57,059 nt of DNA from a virus (Duplodnaviria > Heunggongvirae > Uroviricota > Caudoviricetes): the IMG/VR virus record IMGVR_UViG_3300047471_000949. One strand, written 5' to 3'. The position numbers were made by a program, and so were the translations under genes. Positions 19,077 to 27,376 of this stretch are shown here, piece after piece. A model generated the notes under the pieces. That model made no database searches, was not told the origin of the DNA, and saw nothing but the letters and a program-made list of their open reading frames with translations. Position 1 is the stretch's first letter. Each line of letters opens with the position of its first letter.

Positions 19077-19385
19077 ATGAAGAAGCCCAAGCCAAAGAAG
19101 AAAAGTGAACAGCCACACGCAGGGCAATACGATTCGGGGCGCGCACGCGACTTTGTCCGTGAGGCGTATCAAAAATCAGGCGGTGCGACCCCGGAACTGA
19201 AGCGTGTCTACAACTCATTCCTCGAAAACGAGCGAAAACGAGAACGCGCGAGGCTAGACACAGCCGACAGGATGAGGAAGCTGAGCGGCGGGAGCCTGCC
19301 GGAAGATTGGGATGGCGACCCGCTAAATGATGTTTGCAAGGAAGCAAAAGAGTTCCTTGCTGATCTATCAGTCATGAAGGATTAA
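19077..19385 (+). CDS. Hypothetical protein in the repeat-flanked cassette
   Basis: AAGGA RBS within the repeat; GC-rich codons. Confidence 0.65.
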   Translation: MKKPKPKKKSEQPHAGQYDSGRARDFVREAYQKSGGATPELKRVYNSFLENERKRERARLDTADRMRKLSGGSLPEDWDGDPLNDVCKEAKEFLADLSVMKD

Positions 19386-19416
19386 CGATGAAAGATATGG
19401 AAGAATATAAAACAAT

Positions 19417-19779
19417 ATGATCTTTACCTGGCTTAAAAACCTATTCAAAAGAGGCCAGCCTGAACACGATCATTGGCATCATACGCATTGGCCAGATGAC
19501 GATGATAAATTTAACATTCCTCGAATGGAAGGACGCTTACTCCCAAATCATGATTATAGAGAGACTAATAAACTCATAAAGGATGCTGTTGCCGACATAG
19601 TTGCTCATCAAAAGACTGAATGTCCCGAATTATGGGGTGGCGGTGCTGGGGGTTCTAGTTCAAGTAAAACAAGGAGAAAGAAAGTGCCTCATCCGCATAA
19701 AGGGAAACGTAAGGGACGCCGGAAGGTTGGCTCTCATATCAGAAAGGCTCGACACAAGAGAAAGCATGCAAGACGCTAA
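19417..19779 (+). CDS. Hypothetical protein with highly basic C-terminal tail
   Basis: His-rich N-terminus, Lys/Arg-rich C-terminus. Confidence 0.6.
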   Translation: MIFTWLKNLFKRGQPEHDHWHHTHWPDDDDKFNIPRMEGRLLPNHDYRETNKLIKDAVADIVAHQKTECPELWGGGAGGSSSSKTRRKKVPHPHKGKRKGRRKVGSHIRKARHKRKHARR

Positions 19780-19982
19780 GTAGTGGTAGTTGGTTTTGTT
19801 GTTGCCTTAAGATATGCAGCTATAACTGCTTCTGCCGCTGGTCTAGATATTTGCTTGATTTCATCGTCAGTAATATTCACCATACTCTGAGCCCAGGATG
19901 GCACCAATTGCTGGACCATAACCATAACGTGATCTTTGGTATTCTGAAACGCAACATTATAAACTGATTGTGGTAATGCCAT
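19776..19982 (-). CDS. Hypothetical protein
   Basis: GAGGA RBS before MALPQS. Confidence 0.6.
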   Translation of the reverse strand: MALPQSVYNVAFQNTKDHVMVMVQQLVPSWAQSMVNITDDEIKQISRPAAEAVIAAYLKATTKPTTTT

Positions 19983-19998
19983 AGTTATTCCTCGTTTT

Positions 19999-20517
19999 TT
20001 ACTTTTCATCAGGCCACCAATGCCGTTTTCCTTGACTGTCCCGCCAGAAATAATGCTTAGCTCCATTTTCTAAACGCCAGCGTAAATGATGACCAGAATG
20101 GTCTGGATCATTATATGGAGTTTCGACAAGCTGACCATGCGAGTCATATCCCGGAATGGTAGTTTGTGGTGTTGGATTGACCGGCGCAACCACCGGAGGC
20201 TTTACAACCGGAGCGGGCGTGACGACTACCGGAGGCGTTGGAGTTGGTGTCGGTGGATTAGGTGTGTGGAAATATCCGACAACAGCCAACGCTAAGCCAA
20301 TCAAAAGGATTATAAGAAGAGAGATACCGACGACATGGGGATTTTGCAGTTCTTTGACGGGATATTGCTCATATGGCAGTTTTACTGCTGACTTAACTTT
20401 ATCGCCCGGCTTGTAATCATAATCATCGGAATATGTGTATGGTTCATCCACGTATGAAGGCTTTGCTAGTATCTGTTTTAAGTTATCTTTCTTTTGTTTC
20501 TTCTTCTTTTTTGCCAT
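19999..20517 (-). CDS. Single-pass membrane protein with Pro/Thr-rich linker
   Basis: TM helix followed by PTPTPTPPVVVTPAP. Confidence 0.65.
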   Translation of the reverse strand: MAKKKKKQKKDNLKQILAKPSYVDEPYTYSDDYDYKPGDKVKSAVKLPYEQYPVKELQNPHVVGISLLIILLIGLALAVVGYFHTPNPPTPTPTPPVVVTPAPVVKPPVVAPVNPTPQTTIPGYDSHGQLVETPYNDPDHSGHHLRWRLENGAKHYFWRDSQGKRHWWPDEK

Positions 20518-20518
20518 T

Positions 20519-21094
20519 TTAGCTTGCTATTAGCTCCTTAGCTTTTTCCACAATTGGATCATGAACATGGATTACGTCCCAATCGTCAGGATGAGGCGCG
20601 TCTACATATTTATAGGTAATCTTGGTTTTCCCGTGATTACCAACTCCGATTCGATTTTTACCATCATTGAAATCCCATTTTGGCGGAGGGACTTGTAGTG
20701 GAGTTTCGAACTGGCTTAGACCAAAGGTTTGAAAGCCTCCATATACATCATAAACCTCTTTTACATTATCTGGAACTGGGGGACAATTGAGATTACACCA
20801 CATCGAGGCATTAATAACAGCCATATACTCGATGGGCCGAGGATAAACGGCTGCAGCCACATAGGCAATTCTATTTCCTCCACACGAATCCCCCGCGAGC
20901 ATAATTTTTTCATCAGGATGTGCCTCTCTTATAAGAGCCGCTGCTTTGTCCTGATCCGTATATTCTAGTAAGAGCGGACAATAGGTGCCGTGTAGCGCAT
21001 TGACCTTTCGGCGGATTGTGATAGCGCCTCCTGGTGTTTCGAACATCATTCCGCCCATTCCTAATAGATAGATAAAAGTTACATGTGAGGTCAT
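20519..21094 (-). CDS. Alpha/beta hydrolase-like protein
   Basis: Nucleophile elbow IMLAGDSCGG; C-terminal His. Confidence 0.55.
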   Translation of the reverse strand: MTSHVTFIYLLGMGGMMFETPGGAITIRRKVNALHGTYCPLLLEYTDQDKAAALIREAHPDEKIMLAGDSCGGNRIAYVAAAVYPRPIEYMAVINASMWCNLNCPPVPDNVKEVYDVYGGFQTFGLSQFETPLQVPPPKWDFNDGKNRIGVGNHGKTKITYKYVDAPHPDDWDVIHVHDPIVEKAKELIAS

Positions 21095-21336
21095 TTCTTT
21101 TCTCCGATAGTCACACCATAGCCGAATCGTTGAAACAAGAAATCATCCATTTCTCTCACCAGTTTTTGCAGTTCGCTGACCTTATCGTCTAAAGTTACTC
21201 TTGCCTCACTTACGTTAGATATATTAGTGTCTGTTATATCTAACCTGTTGGTTAACTCCAGAACTTCTGTTTTCAAATCGTTAAAATGTTTGTTTTGTGT
21301 CAGATCAGCTTTTGTCCAGTCAGTCATTTTGTCCAT
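21091..21336 (-). CDS. Coiled-coil hypothetical protein
   Basis: Operon packing. Confidence 0.5.
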   Translation of the reverse strand: MDKMTDWTKADLTQNKHFNDLKTEVLELTNRLDITDTNISNVSEARVTLDDKVSELQKLVREMDDFLFQRFGYGVTIGEKK

Positions 21337-21779
21337 CCTAAAGTTTTCAACGCCAGATCGGCGTCATCTGCATAAGCAATACCAACACTTCGTCTTGAAT
21401 GTAACAAAGCTTTGGCGTCTACTTGGGACCATCCTTGCGCGCGTAGGATAGCATATGCCAGTGATGGTCCCCTGTTGTAACCTGCGGCACAGTGTGTGAG
21501 GACTATTGTTCCAGGAAACTTCAAGGCTCCAATCCCAAATTCAACGGCGTTTTTGAACCATTCAACAGGTTTTGGATGTTGACCGTCGTCTTGTTGGGGG
21601 TCCCAAAGAATTGTGAGTCCGATCATATTTTTCGGTTCGAAAACGTTGTCGTCTCGTTCAGCCTGCGCGTCAATAATGTGGGTTACTCCGGCAGCCTTAA
21701 GTTCGTCAAAATCTGCATCAGAATTGATTTGTGCTCCGCAGAAAAGTCTTTCAGTGATTAGAGAATAGTTGTAGCTCAA
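21324..21779 (-). CDS. Dual-specificity (Cys-based) protein phosphatase
   Basis: CX5R loop THCAAGYNRG; GVTHIID. Confidence 0.88.
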   Translation of the reverse strand: MSYNYSLITERLFCGAQINSDADFDELKAAGVTHIIDAQAERDDNVFEPKNMIGLTILWDPQQDDGQHPKPVEWFKNAVEFGIGALKFPGTIVLTHCAAGYNRGPSLAYAILRAQGWSQVDAKALLHSRRSVGIAYADDADLALKTLGWTK

Positions 21780-22009
21780 TTTTTTTCCTTATAGTCTGTT
21801 AGGTCTTTTATCAAATCGATAGCATCTCGGAGGGTTGCTAGGTCCTGTGGGGGTATTGATAGATTAAGATACCAATCCGGAATAAAATAGATTGCTCGTA
21901 ATTGATGTTGTTGTCGTATATTATTAATGACTTGTTCAAGCCGTGGGACAATATTATCTAATGCACTAGCTCGAGTTTTTCGTTTGTTGGGAGACTTGAT
22001 TATTTTCAT
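21776..22009 (-). CDS. Hypothetical protein
   Basis: Operon packing. Confidence 0.5.
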   Translation of the reverse strand: MKIIKSPNKRKTRASALDNIVPRLEQVINNIRQQHQLRAIYFIPDWYLNLSIPPQDLATLRDAIDLIKDLTDYKEKN

Positions 22010-22531
22010 TTAGACTCTTGCGGCCTGCATATGCATCGCGTCAGGACTTCCCCAACGTCCGCCCCACGACCAACCTTCTTCCTCAAATCGCTTTACAATG
22101 ATATCACCTGATTGAAATAAATGATGTTGTGAATGGAACGCATTGTCCTCGGCATCCCAGTCTATTGCGACTCCGAAGGCGTGCATCGATAAAGAACTGC
22201 CGCCCCGTTTCGGTCGATAGTTAAATGACCCGTCATAGATCGAATACTTATGCTTATCGATTACATCTTGGCTCTGGCCACAATCGCTCCATATGTTGTT
22301 AAGAACTCGGGTTAGAGAGTCGGCACATCGCTTGTGAATAATGATATACGGGACTGCTTGTTCACCCATATAGAGCGCCCAGGGACAATGAACATGAACA
22401 AGATGGTTAGCCGCCCAGGTTGGATTATAGTGACCGTTTTCACCACGAGGATCGCCATAGTATGAGATACAATCGCTTTGTCGCGGCCATTGTGGAGCTG
22501 TTGCGAGTTTACGGTGGCGTTTGAATATCAT
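22010..22531 (-). CDS. M15-family peptidoglycan peptidase (endolysin)
   Basis: FNYRPKRG..LSMHAFGVAIDWD...WGGRWGSPDAMHMQ. Confidence 0.88.
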   Translation of the reverse strand: MIFKRHRKLATAPQWPRQSDCISYYGDPRGENGHYNPTWAANHLVHVHCPWALYMGEQAVPYIIIHKRCADSLTRVLNNIWSDCGQSQDVIDKHKYSIYDGSFNYRPKRGGSSLSMHAFGVAIDWDAEDNAFHSQHHLFQSGDIIVKRFEEEGWSWGGRWGSPDAMHMQAARV

Positions 22532-22535
22532 TTTT

Positions 22536-23066
22536 TTATACCAAGGCTAAACATTTTTGAGTTCCATCAATATTTCGATTAGTCCATCCGTGTCCAAATG
22601 TTATCCACGTAGGTTTTGTGTGTTTATTGGAAATATACGCGGCGGATAAAGCTAACACTATACACTTAGCATCATAACTATTTATCATTTTTATTAGGTC
22701 ATCAGTTATGTGTCCGGTGAGCGGCCATTGCAGCAACACCATTTCCAGAATATTAATTGCTCCAGTTACTCCAAGATTTATTGCGATATCAACCAGACGA
22801 ACATCCACTCCTGACGGAAGATCGTTAAATCTTATAGATGGGAGAAACGAGTTCGAATAAAAATCTCGAGCTTGTAGCTCGGTAAACGCTGCGATATCGT
22901 CCATGGTAGGAACTGGCAAAGCGTTTTTCTTACAGAAGTCAGCATAGGTCTGAAGTGAGATACCATACTTGGATATTCCTCCCGGTTCTGTCGAGGAACG
23001 ATTAACCTCGGGGCCTTCCCATTTTATTATAAGCGATAATGCAGCCTCAGTATTCTTTACAACCAT
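22536..23066 (-). CDS. Glycoside hydrolase family 108-like lysozyme
   Basis: WEG..VN...EPGGISKYGIS; LPSGVD...DIAINLG; FGHGWTNR. Confidence 0.82.
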   Translation of the reverse strand: MVVKNTEAALSLIIKWEGPEVNRSSTEPGGISKYGISLQTYADFCKKNALPVPTMDDIAAFTELQARDFYSNSFLPSIRFNDLPSGVDVRLVDIAINLGVTGAINILEMVLLQWPLTGHITDDLIKMINSYDAKCIVLALSAAYISNKHTKPTWITFGHGWTNRNIDGTQKCLALV

Positions 23067-23428
23067 AAGCCTATTTACTAAATAGACTGACAGGCGATTT
23101 GTCCTAGGTTGACTATGCTCTTAACCTAACCTTGCGGATGGACATTCCGTAAGTCGTCATAGCGAGCCTGCCTCGATCACGAAATCGTGATAGGAAAGCT
23201 CGAAAAAGCTATTGACATTCTGTCCCAGAACCATTACATTGAGAATATATATAAATAGAACAATGATTAAGATGTGTTTACGTAGTACTATAACTAAAAC
23301 CTTTGCCGGCCTCGCGCCGAGCGAATGGTCCGTGTATAATATCATCTAACTTCTAGCGAAGGTTCAAGCCTCCGCTAAAAGTGGAGGAAACGGAACCTAA
23401 AAACTCCCCCTCCAGTTATATATTTGAA

Positions 23429-23504
23429 GCCACCTGAAGCATTTCTGGTGATGTACAGCCTTCGTAAAGCTGAAAAGACAGTCCAAATCTGTCCGGTGGC
23501 ACCA
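23429..23504 (+). tRNA. tRNA-Thr(CGT)
   Basis: Cloverleaf, loop TTCGTAA, atypical T-loop TCCAAAT, CCA. Confidence 0.8.
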
Positions 23505-23672
23505 AATATATAAGTTTTGTAGCAGGCTTGTCGGCGGCATGAAGCGCAAATGCTCCCCTAACCGACAAATCGCCAATCGGAGGCAAGGTGGTGTCTTTAC
23601 GTCCCGTGACACCTTCTTATCCCACTAGGCAGGGTCAGAGATAGCATCAAGATCATTGAGGGAAAGATATTC

Positions 23673-23747
23673 GCCGGTATAGCCTTAATGGTAGAGGTCT
23701 CGCCTTGTAAGCGAGGTATGGAGGTTCGATTCCTCCTTCCGGCACCA
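23673..23747 (+). tRNA. tRNA-Thr(TGT)
   Basis: CTCGC-cttgtaa-GCGAG, GGTTCGATTCC, CCA. Confidence 0.92.
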
Positions 23748-23754
23748 AGATTAT

Positions 23755-23831
23755 TCCCATCAATCGCACTAGGTGTGTGAACCTGACTGTTAATCAGATC
23801 GTGGTAGGTTCGAATCCTACGATGGGAGCCA
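23755..23831 (+). tRNA. tRNA-Asn(GTT)
   Basis: CTGA-ctgttaa-TCAG; acceptor TCCCATC/GATGGGA-GCCA. Confidence 0.9.
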
Positions 23832-23835
23832 ATAT

Positions 23836-23910
23836 ACCGGTGTAGTTCATTGGCAGAACGGCGGCTTCCAATACCGCGCGCAGTGGGTTCGATTCCTACC
23901 TCCGGTGCCA
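23836..23910 (+). tRNA. tRNA-Trp(CCA)
   Basis: Loop TTCCAAT, canonical T-arm, GCCA. Confidence 0.88.
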
Positions 23911-24230
23911 ACCCCCACCGGCCTCGGGGTAATGAGGTCGTCCTGTCGTTTCTAGCTTTCGACCAAAAAATAAAAGTCGTAGAAGTTCAATGTAGGATAG
24001 TTGCGGATAGTGCACTCTGAGATTATCCCGAGTGCACTCTGAGATTATCCCGAATGACGTGTGCTGTGGGTAAGGCCCTAAAGGCCGGCGGAAGCTAACA
24101 CGTAAAAGCGGCCCACACGAAATCACCTAGCGCGCCTGACTATCGCGTTGATACAAATAATGGTCTAGGACGGACGGTCCTCCTGTGAAAGAACAGGTGT
24201 TTGTAAAGTCAAGCAGCAAAACGTTCGTTA
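23911..24230 (+). ncRNA. Candidate pseudoknot-rich ncRNA between tRNA-Trp and tRNA-Glu
   Basis: No credible ORF; crossing helices ACCCC/GGGGT with CGGCCTC/GAGGTCG, and ACGTGT/ACACGT with TGTGGGT/GCCCACA. Confidence 0.5.
24009..24052 (+). repeat. Perfect 22-bp tandem duplication
   Basis: AGTGCACTCTGAGATTATCCCG x2. Confidence 0.95.
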
Positions 24231-24232
24231 AT

Positions 24233-24309
24233 GGGGCGGTCTTCTAGCGGTCCAGGAAAACAGTCCTTCAAACTGTGAAACCGGGGTTCGAATCCCCGTC
24301 GCCCTACCA
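24233..24309 (+). tRNA. tRNA-Glu(TTC), C33
   Basis: ACAGT-ccttcaa-ACTGT; GGTTCGAATCC; CCA. Confidence 0.9.
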
Positions 24310-24339
24310 TCTATATAAATAACCCAAAGGAGTAACACC

Positions 24340-24531
24340 ATGTCAACTGTATCAGTTTGGGTTATTGTTTTATTAAACTTTTTTCATCAGTCTCAAGGAG
24401 TTTTACCAGGAAACTATCCAACACTAAACGACTGTAAGCTTGCTATTGTTCAACAAGGCTATGCAGATATTAATATACTTGGTGTACATGGAGAATGTAT
24501 GCCAATATCCGGTTCAGTTGTAAAACATTAA
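24340..24531 (+). CDS. Small secreted/membrane protein
   Basis: TATAAATA, AGGAG RBS, hydrophobic N-terminus, Cys pair. Confidence 0.65.
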   Translation: MSTVSVWVIVLLNFFHQSQGVLPGNYPTLNDCKLAIVQQGYADINILGVHGECMPISGSVVKH

Positions 24532-24542
24532 TAAATAACAGC

Positions 24543-24797
24543 ATGAAGAAAATCGCTCTACTCCTTACTCTATTATTCGTTGGACTTCAGGCCGGAGGTT
24601 GTGCCCTTGTGGCTGCTGGCGTTGCCGGAGCTGTAATCGAACACCAACTAGACCGTGGCTATTGTTCCTATCATCGATTCGATGGCGCTTGTAGCTATTA
24701 TTGGGAGCATCCCAATGAAGTTCTTTGGGCCCGCGCCCATCGCGCCGAAGCTCGCGAGTACTATAGGCAACATCATCTACCCCTCGATCTACGATAA
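24543..24797 (+). CDS. Putative lipoprotein
   Basis: MKK + hydrophobic stretch + AGGC lipobox-like motif. Confidence 0.6.
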   Translation: MKKIALLLTLLFVGLQAGGCALVAAGVAGAVIEHQLDRGYCSYHRFDGACSYYWEHPNEVLWARAHRAEAREYYRQHHLPLDLR

Positions 24798-24959
24798 AGG
24801 GTAATGACCAAATATCTCTTGGCGGCATTCGAAGCTGCTATGATCATCACTGTATTGATGCTCGCAATAATTTTTTTAGTATGGGCTGGATATCTCACGG
24901 CTCCAGCCCACCACAATGATGGTAATTCGTATCATCAAGAAGTCACATTTCCAGGTTAA

Positions 24960-25034
24960 GCCTCTTTAGTTCAATGGTTAGAACACTGCTTTGGTAAAGC
25001 AGGAATTCGTGTTCAATTCACGATTGAGGCACCA
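24960..25034 (+). tRNA. tRNA-Thr(GGT)
   Basis: CTGCT-ttggtaa-AGCAG; CCA. Confidence 0.9.
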
Positions 25035-25053
25035 TCTTAGTGATAAATATTAT

Positions 25054-25401
25054 ATGCGAACAATCTTTTTGATATTACTTGTTTTAAGTTTGATCACAAC
25101 ATCAGTGTCGCCAGCTTCGGCACGTTTGTATTGGTTTCCTTTTCCTTGGTTTTATACTTATCATCAGCCTCATGCTTATCATAAGCATCATACTGAACAT
25201 AAGCATTATACTGAACATAAGCATCGTTCAACGTGTCCAAACGGTCAAACTTTTTCGGAAGATAAGTGTGTGACAATTCCACCTTCGCCTCCACCCTCTT
25301 CTTCATCCTCTCCTCCAGAATGTCCTCCTGGTCAACATTGGTCGTTGTTATCGTTCTTGTTCAGGACATGCCTTGACGATTTACCATTTCGCAAATACTA
25401 A
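25054..25401 (+). CDS. Secreted His/Pro/Cys-rich protein
   Basis: Signal peptide; 18-bp repeats encoding HKHHTE/HKHYTE; two CPxGQ modules. Confidence 0.65.
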   Translation: MRTIFLILLVLSLITTSVSPASARLYWFPFPWFYTYHQPHAYHKHHTEHKHYTEHKHRSTCPNGQTFSEDKCVTIPPSPPPSSSSSPPECPPGQHWSLLSFLFRTCLDDLPFRKY

Positions 25402-25485
25402 AATCAACAACTAATCACGGGGCTATAGTGATAGAAGGTAAAGATGCATAAACATCATCTAAAATGTTGGAAAAGAATAAAAACG

Positions 25486-25561
25486 GGGGGTCTAGCTCAT
25501 CTGGGAGAGCAACTGCCTTGCAAGCAGTAGGCGGCGAGTTCGAGTCTCGCGACCTCCACCA
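25486..25561 (+). tRNA. tRNA-Ala(TGC)
   Basis: G3-U70 pair; CTGC-cttgcaa-GCAG; CCA. Confidence 0.93.
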
Positions 25562-25566
25562 AATAT

Positions 25567-25636
25567 GGGCCTGACGTCTTTGATAGTGATGGCGATTGCA
25601 ATCGCCTATAAACACTATCAACGACTCGGCCCGCCA
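25567..25636 (+). ncRNA. Armless rod-shaped RNA ending in GCCA
   Basis: GGGCC(T)GA/TCGGCCC, TTGATAGTG/CACTATCAA, GGCGA-ttgcaa-TCGCC, 3' GCCA. Confidence 0.55.
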
Positions 25637-25642
25637 AAGTTA

Positions 25643-25724
25643 TTCGGGTGCCAACCTTTCATTCCTGGCCAGGAATAGGTTGGAGAGTCACGCAAGGGAA
25701 GTCGTGCAACCCAACCCGAAGCCA
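25643..25724 (+). ncRNA. Non-cloverleaf RNA with 7-bp acceptor-like stem and GCCA end
   Basis: TTCGGGT/ACCCGAA-GCCA enclosing CCAACCT/AGGTTGG, ATTCCT/AGGAAT and CACG/CGTG helices. Confidence 0.55.
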
Positions 25725-25729
25725 AATAC

Positions 25730-25812
25730 GGACGACTGGCATATGGAAACTGGCACACCTAACCGCCTTAGAAGCGGCGCTTTTCGGGGTTCGACTCCCC
25801 GGTCGTCTACCA
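25730..25812 (+). tRNA. tRNA-Leu(TAG)
   Basis: CCGC-cttagaa-GCGG; T-arm; CCA. Confidence 0.85.
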
Positions 25813-25816
25813 ATCC

Positions 25817-25894
25817 GGGTCAATGAAGGGAATCGGAATACCTATCTCGCTTAAAACGAGGTGTCTGTCAGTTCGAGTCTGACTTGACCTACCA
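25817..25894 (+). tRNA. tRNA-Leu(TAA), short variable region
   Basis: CTCG-cttaaaa-CGAG; CCA. Confidence 0.87.
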
Positions 25895-25984
25895 AGTTTG
25901 TGCTAGCTCCTTGACGGGAGTAAGGAAGTGATCTAGACGCGACCTGGCAGATCAGTGCACTGATGTTATAGCACAATTCAATTT

Positions 25985-26064
25985 GTTGCAATGACGGAAA
26001 CAGGCAAACCTCCAAAGCTCAAACCTTTGGGATTCTGTGGGTTCAAGTCCCACTTGCAACACCA
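25985..26064 (+). tRNA. tRNA-Leu(CAA), short variable region
   Basis: CAAAG-ctcaaac-CTTTG; CCA. Confidence 0.87.
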
Positions 26065-26203
26065 TCTTACGGAAGTTCCTGCGGTTGTAGCGCAGCGCAA
26101 GTTCGACGGCGGTCATGACCGCGGCATCAGCGCTCTTGTGGAACAAAATGGAGATTTACAACATCCTCCGGCTTCCGTATTCAATAAGGTCCAGAAATCA
26201 AAC

Positions 26204-26279
26204 AGCCTGAAAACCAAACAGCAGCGGTGCCGGATTGCAAACCCGGTTTTAGTCGGGGCAGCACCGACTCAGGCTTCCA
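26204..26279 (+). tRNA. tRNA-Cys(GCA), atypical T-loop
   Basis: AGCCTGA/TCAGGCT-TCCA (U73); loop TTGCAAA; T-loop GGCAGCA. Confidence 0.8.
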
Positions 26280-26285
26280 ATTTAA

Positions 26286-26362
26286 CAGGGCGTGGGAAAG
26301 CTTGGTAATCCGTCTGGCCTGGAACCAGAAGACCGTCAGTTCAATTCTGACCGCCCTGACCA
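26286..26362 (+). tRNA. tRNA-Pro(TGG), C33
   Basis: C1-G72, A73; TCTGG-cctggaa-CCAGA. Confidence 0.88.
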
Positions 26363-26366
26363 TTAT

Positions 26367-26451
26367 GGGTAACGCGCGTGCTGGGACACCAGAGGCTCTG
26401 TAAAAGCCACGCCTTTCGGCTAGCTGCGTTCGATTCGCAGGTTACCCACCA
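26367..26451 (+). tRNA. tRNA-Tyr(GTA)
   Basis: GGCT-ctgtaaa-AGCC; long variable arm; CCA. Confidence 0.88.
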
Positions 26452-26453
26452 TT

Positions 26454-26747
26454 CTATATCGGCAGCGGAATATGTGACGTCACCGAACCAAGCAATGTCC
26501 CTAAGAAGTCATTATCAACCATCGTAACCTCCCAGTTGGGAATATCGCAACATTTCTGAGCAACTTCTGCGGTCATCCATTGTCCAGGTCTGTAATAGGT
26601 TGAGTTCTTAATTGTCTTGACCTGGAACGCCGTTCCATACCAGGTCAGCCCCAGCTCAATCTTCTTTGGAGATATTGTGATTGGATGTGTAATAGTTTTG
26701 ATTACATTTTTTGGTTTAGGTGTATCGGTCATTTTTCGTTTGGCCAC
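26454..26747 (-). CDS. Hypothetical protein
   Basis: ORF coupled to the upstream minus-strand gene. Confidence 0.6.
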   Translation of the reverse strand: MAKRKMTDTPKPKNVIKTITHPITISPKKIELGLTWYGTAFQVKTIKNSTYYRPGQWMTAEVAQKCCDIPNWEVTMVDNDFLGTLLGSVTSHIPLPI

Positions 26748-27358
26748 ATTTTTAGATCGTGTAAAGGTTCGAAGAAGGTATCGCGATTGACGAATGCCGA
26801 ATCCATCATAAAAATCAAAAACTCATCGGCCGGCGTTATTCTATTTTTCATCATCGGACACTTGACTCCATCTCCCCAATAATTTCCTTGTTCAAAGCAA
26901 CAAACCGAGTATTCTGCACAAAACCATTTATGCGGGTCCCGCCAATCTCTTGATTCAATGTCTCCAAGAAACGGATCAGACAGGAACACCTTAGGATTGA
27001 GAGCCCCTGAATCAAATGGCTTGCCGATCTGTTTATGAGCATAAGCAAGTATTTCATTTACCCGAGGAGTGAAAAGTATCATTCGACGGCGTATTCCAAA
27101 CTCTTGATATTCATGAGGTCGAATTGCAACGCCACGAGGTGAACCAGCAATGACTGGAGCATCAGGATTATCGGAAGCTCCAAGCATTGTTCCGTCTGCC
27201 AAAACAAAATCAACATGTGAAAAATAAGTATGTCCTAGTATCCGAATGGCCTTGGTCCAACGATTCGGCCAGCCTTTTGTGAATGGAACGAAACTTGCCG
27301 GAGCGCAAGTGGAGAACTGCAGGACAATATGATCGGTATTGGAAGTTGGGAGGACCAT
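26729..27358 (-). CDS. Permuted papain-like (NlpC/P60, YiiX/YebB-type) amidase
   Basis: FSHVD (His) precedes QIGKPFD and KWFCAEY (Cys); ITPAD at C-terminus. Confidence 0.8.
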   Translation of the reverse strand: MVLPTSNTDHIVLQFSTCAPASFVPFTKGWPNRWTKAIRILGHTYFSHVDFVLADGTMLGASDNPDAPVIAGSPRGVAIRPHEYQEFGIRRRMILFTPRVNEILAYAHKQIGKPFDSGALNPKVFLSDPFLGDIESRDWRDPHKWFCAEYSVCCFEQGNYWGDGVKCPMMKNRITPADEFLIFMMDSAFVNRDTFFEPLHDLKMWPNEK

Positions 27359-27376
27359 AAATAATATTTATCTAAA

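Larger units (their letters stand above)
18899..19415 (+). repeat. Direct repeats bracketing a GC-richer cassette
   Basis: AAAGATRTGGAAGAATATAAAACAA at 18899 and 19391; ATGAAGGATTAACGATGAA at 19063 and 19374. Confidence 0.85.

Noticed and set aside
24009-24052. CRISPR array
   Set aside because: Only two adjacent copies with no spacer; no repeat-spacer array seen anywhere in the window.
25418-25445. Additional tRNA-Ala starting GGGGCTATAG
   Set aside because: Only a 5' fragment; no anticodon arm, T-arm or matching 3' strand.
23397-26363. Short ORFs in the ORF track overlapping tRNA genes (e.g. 23597-23911, 25596-25826, 25991-26308, 26181-26363)
   Set aside because: They are translations of tRNA/ncRNA sequence with no RBS or protein-like features.
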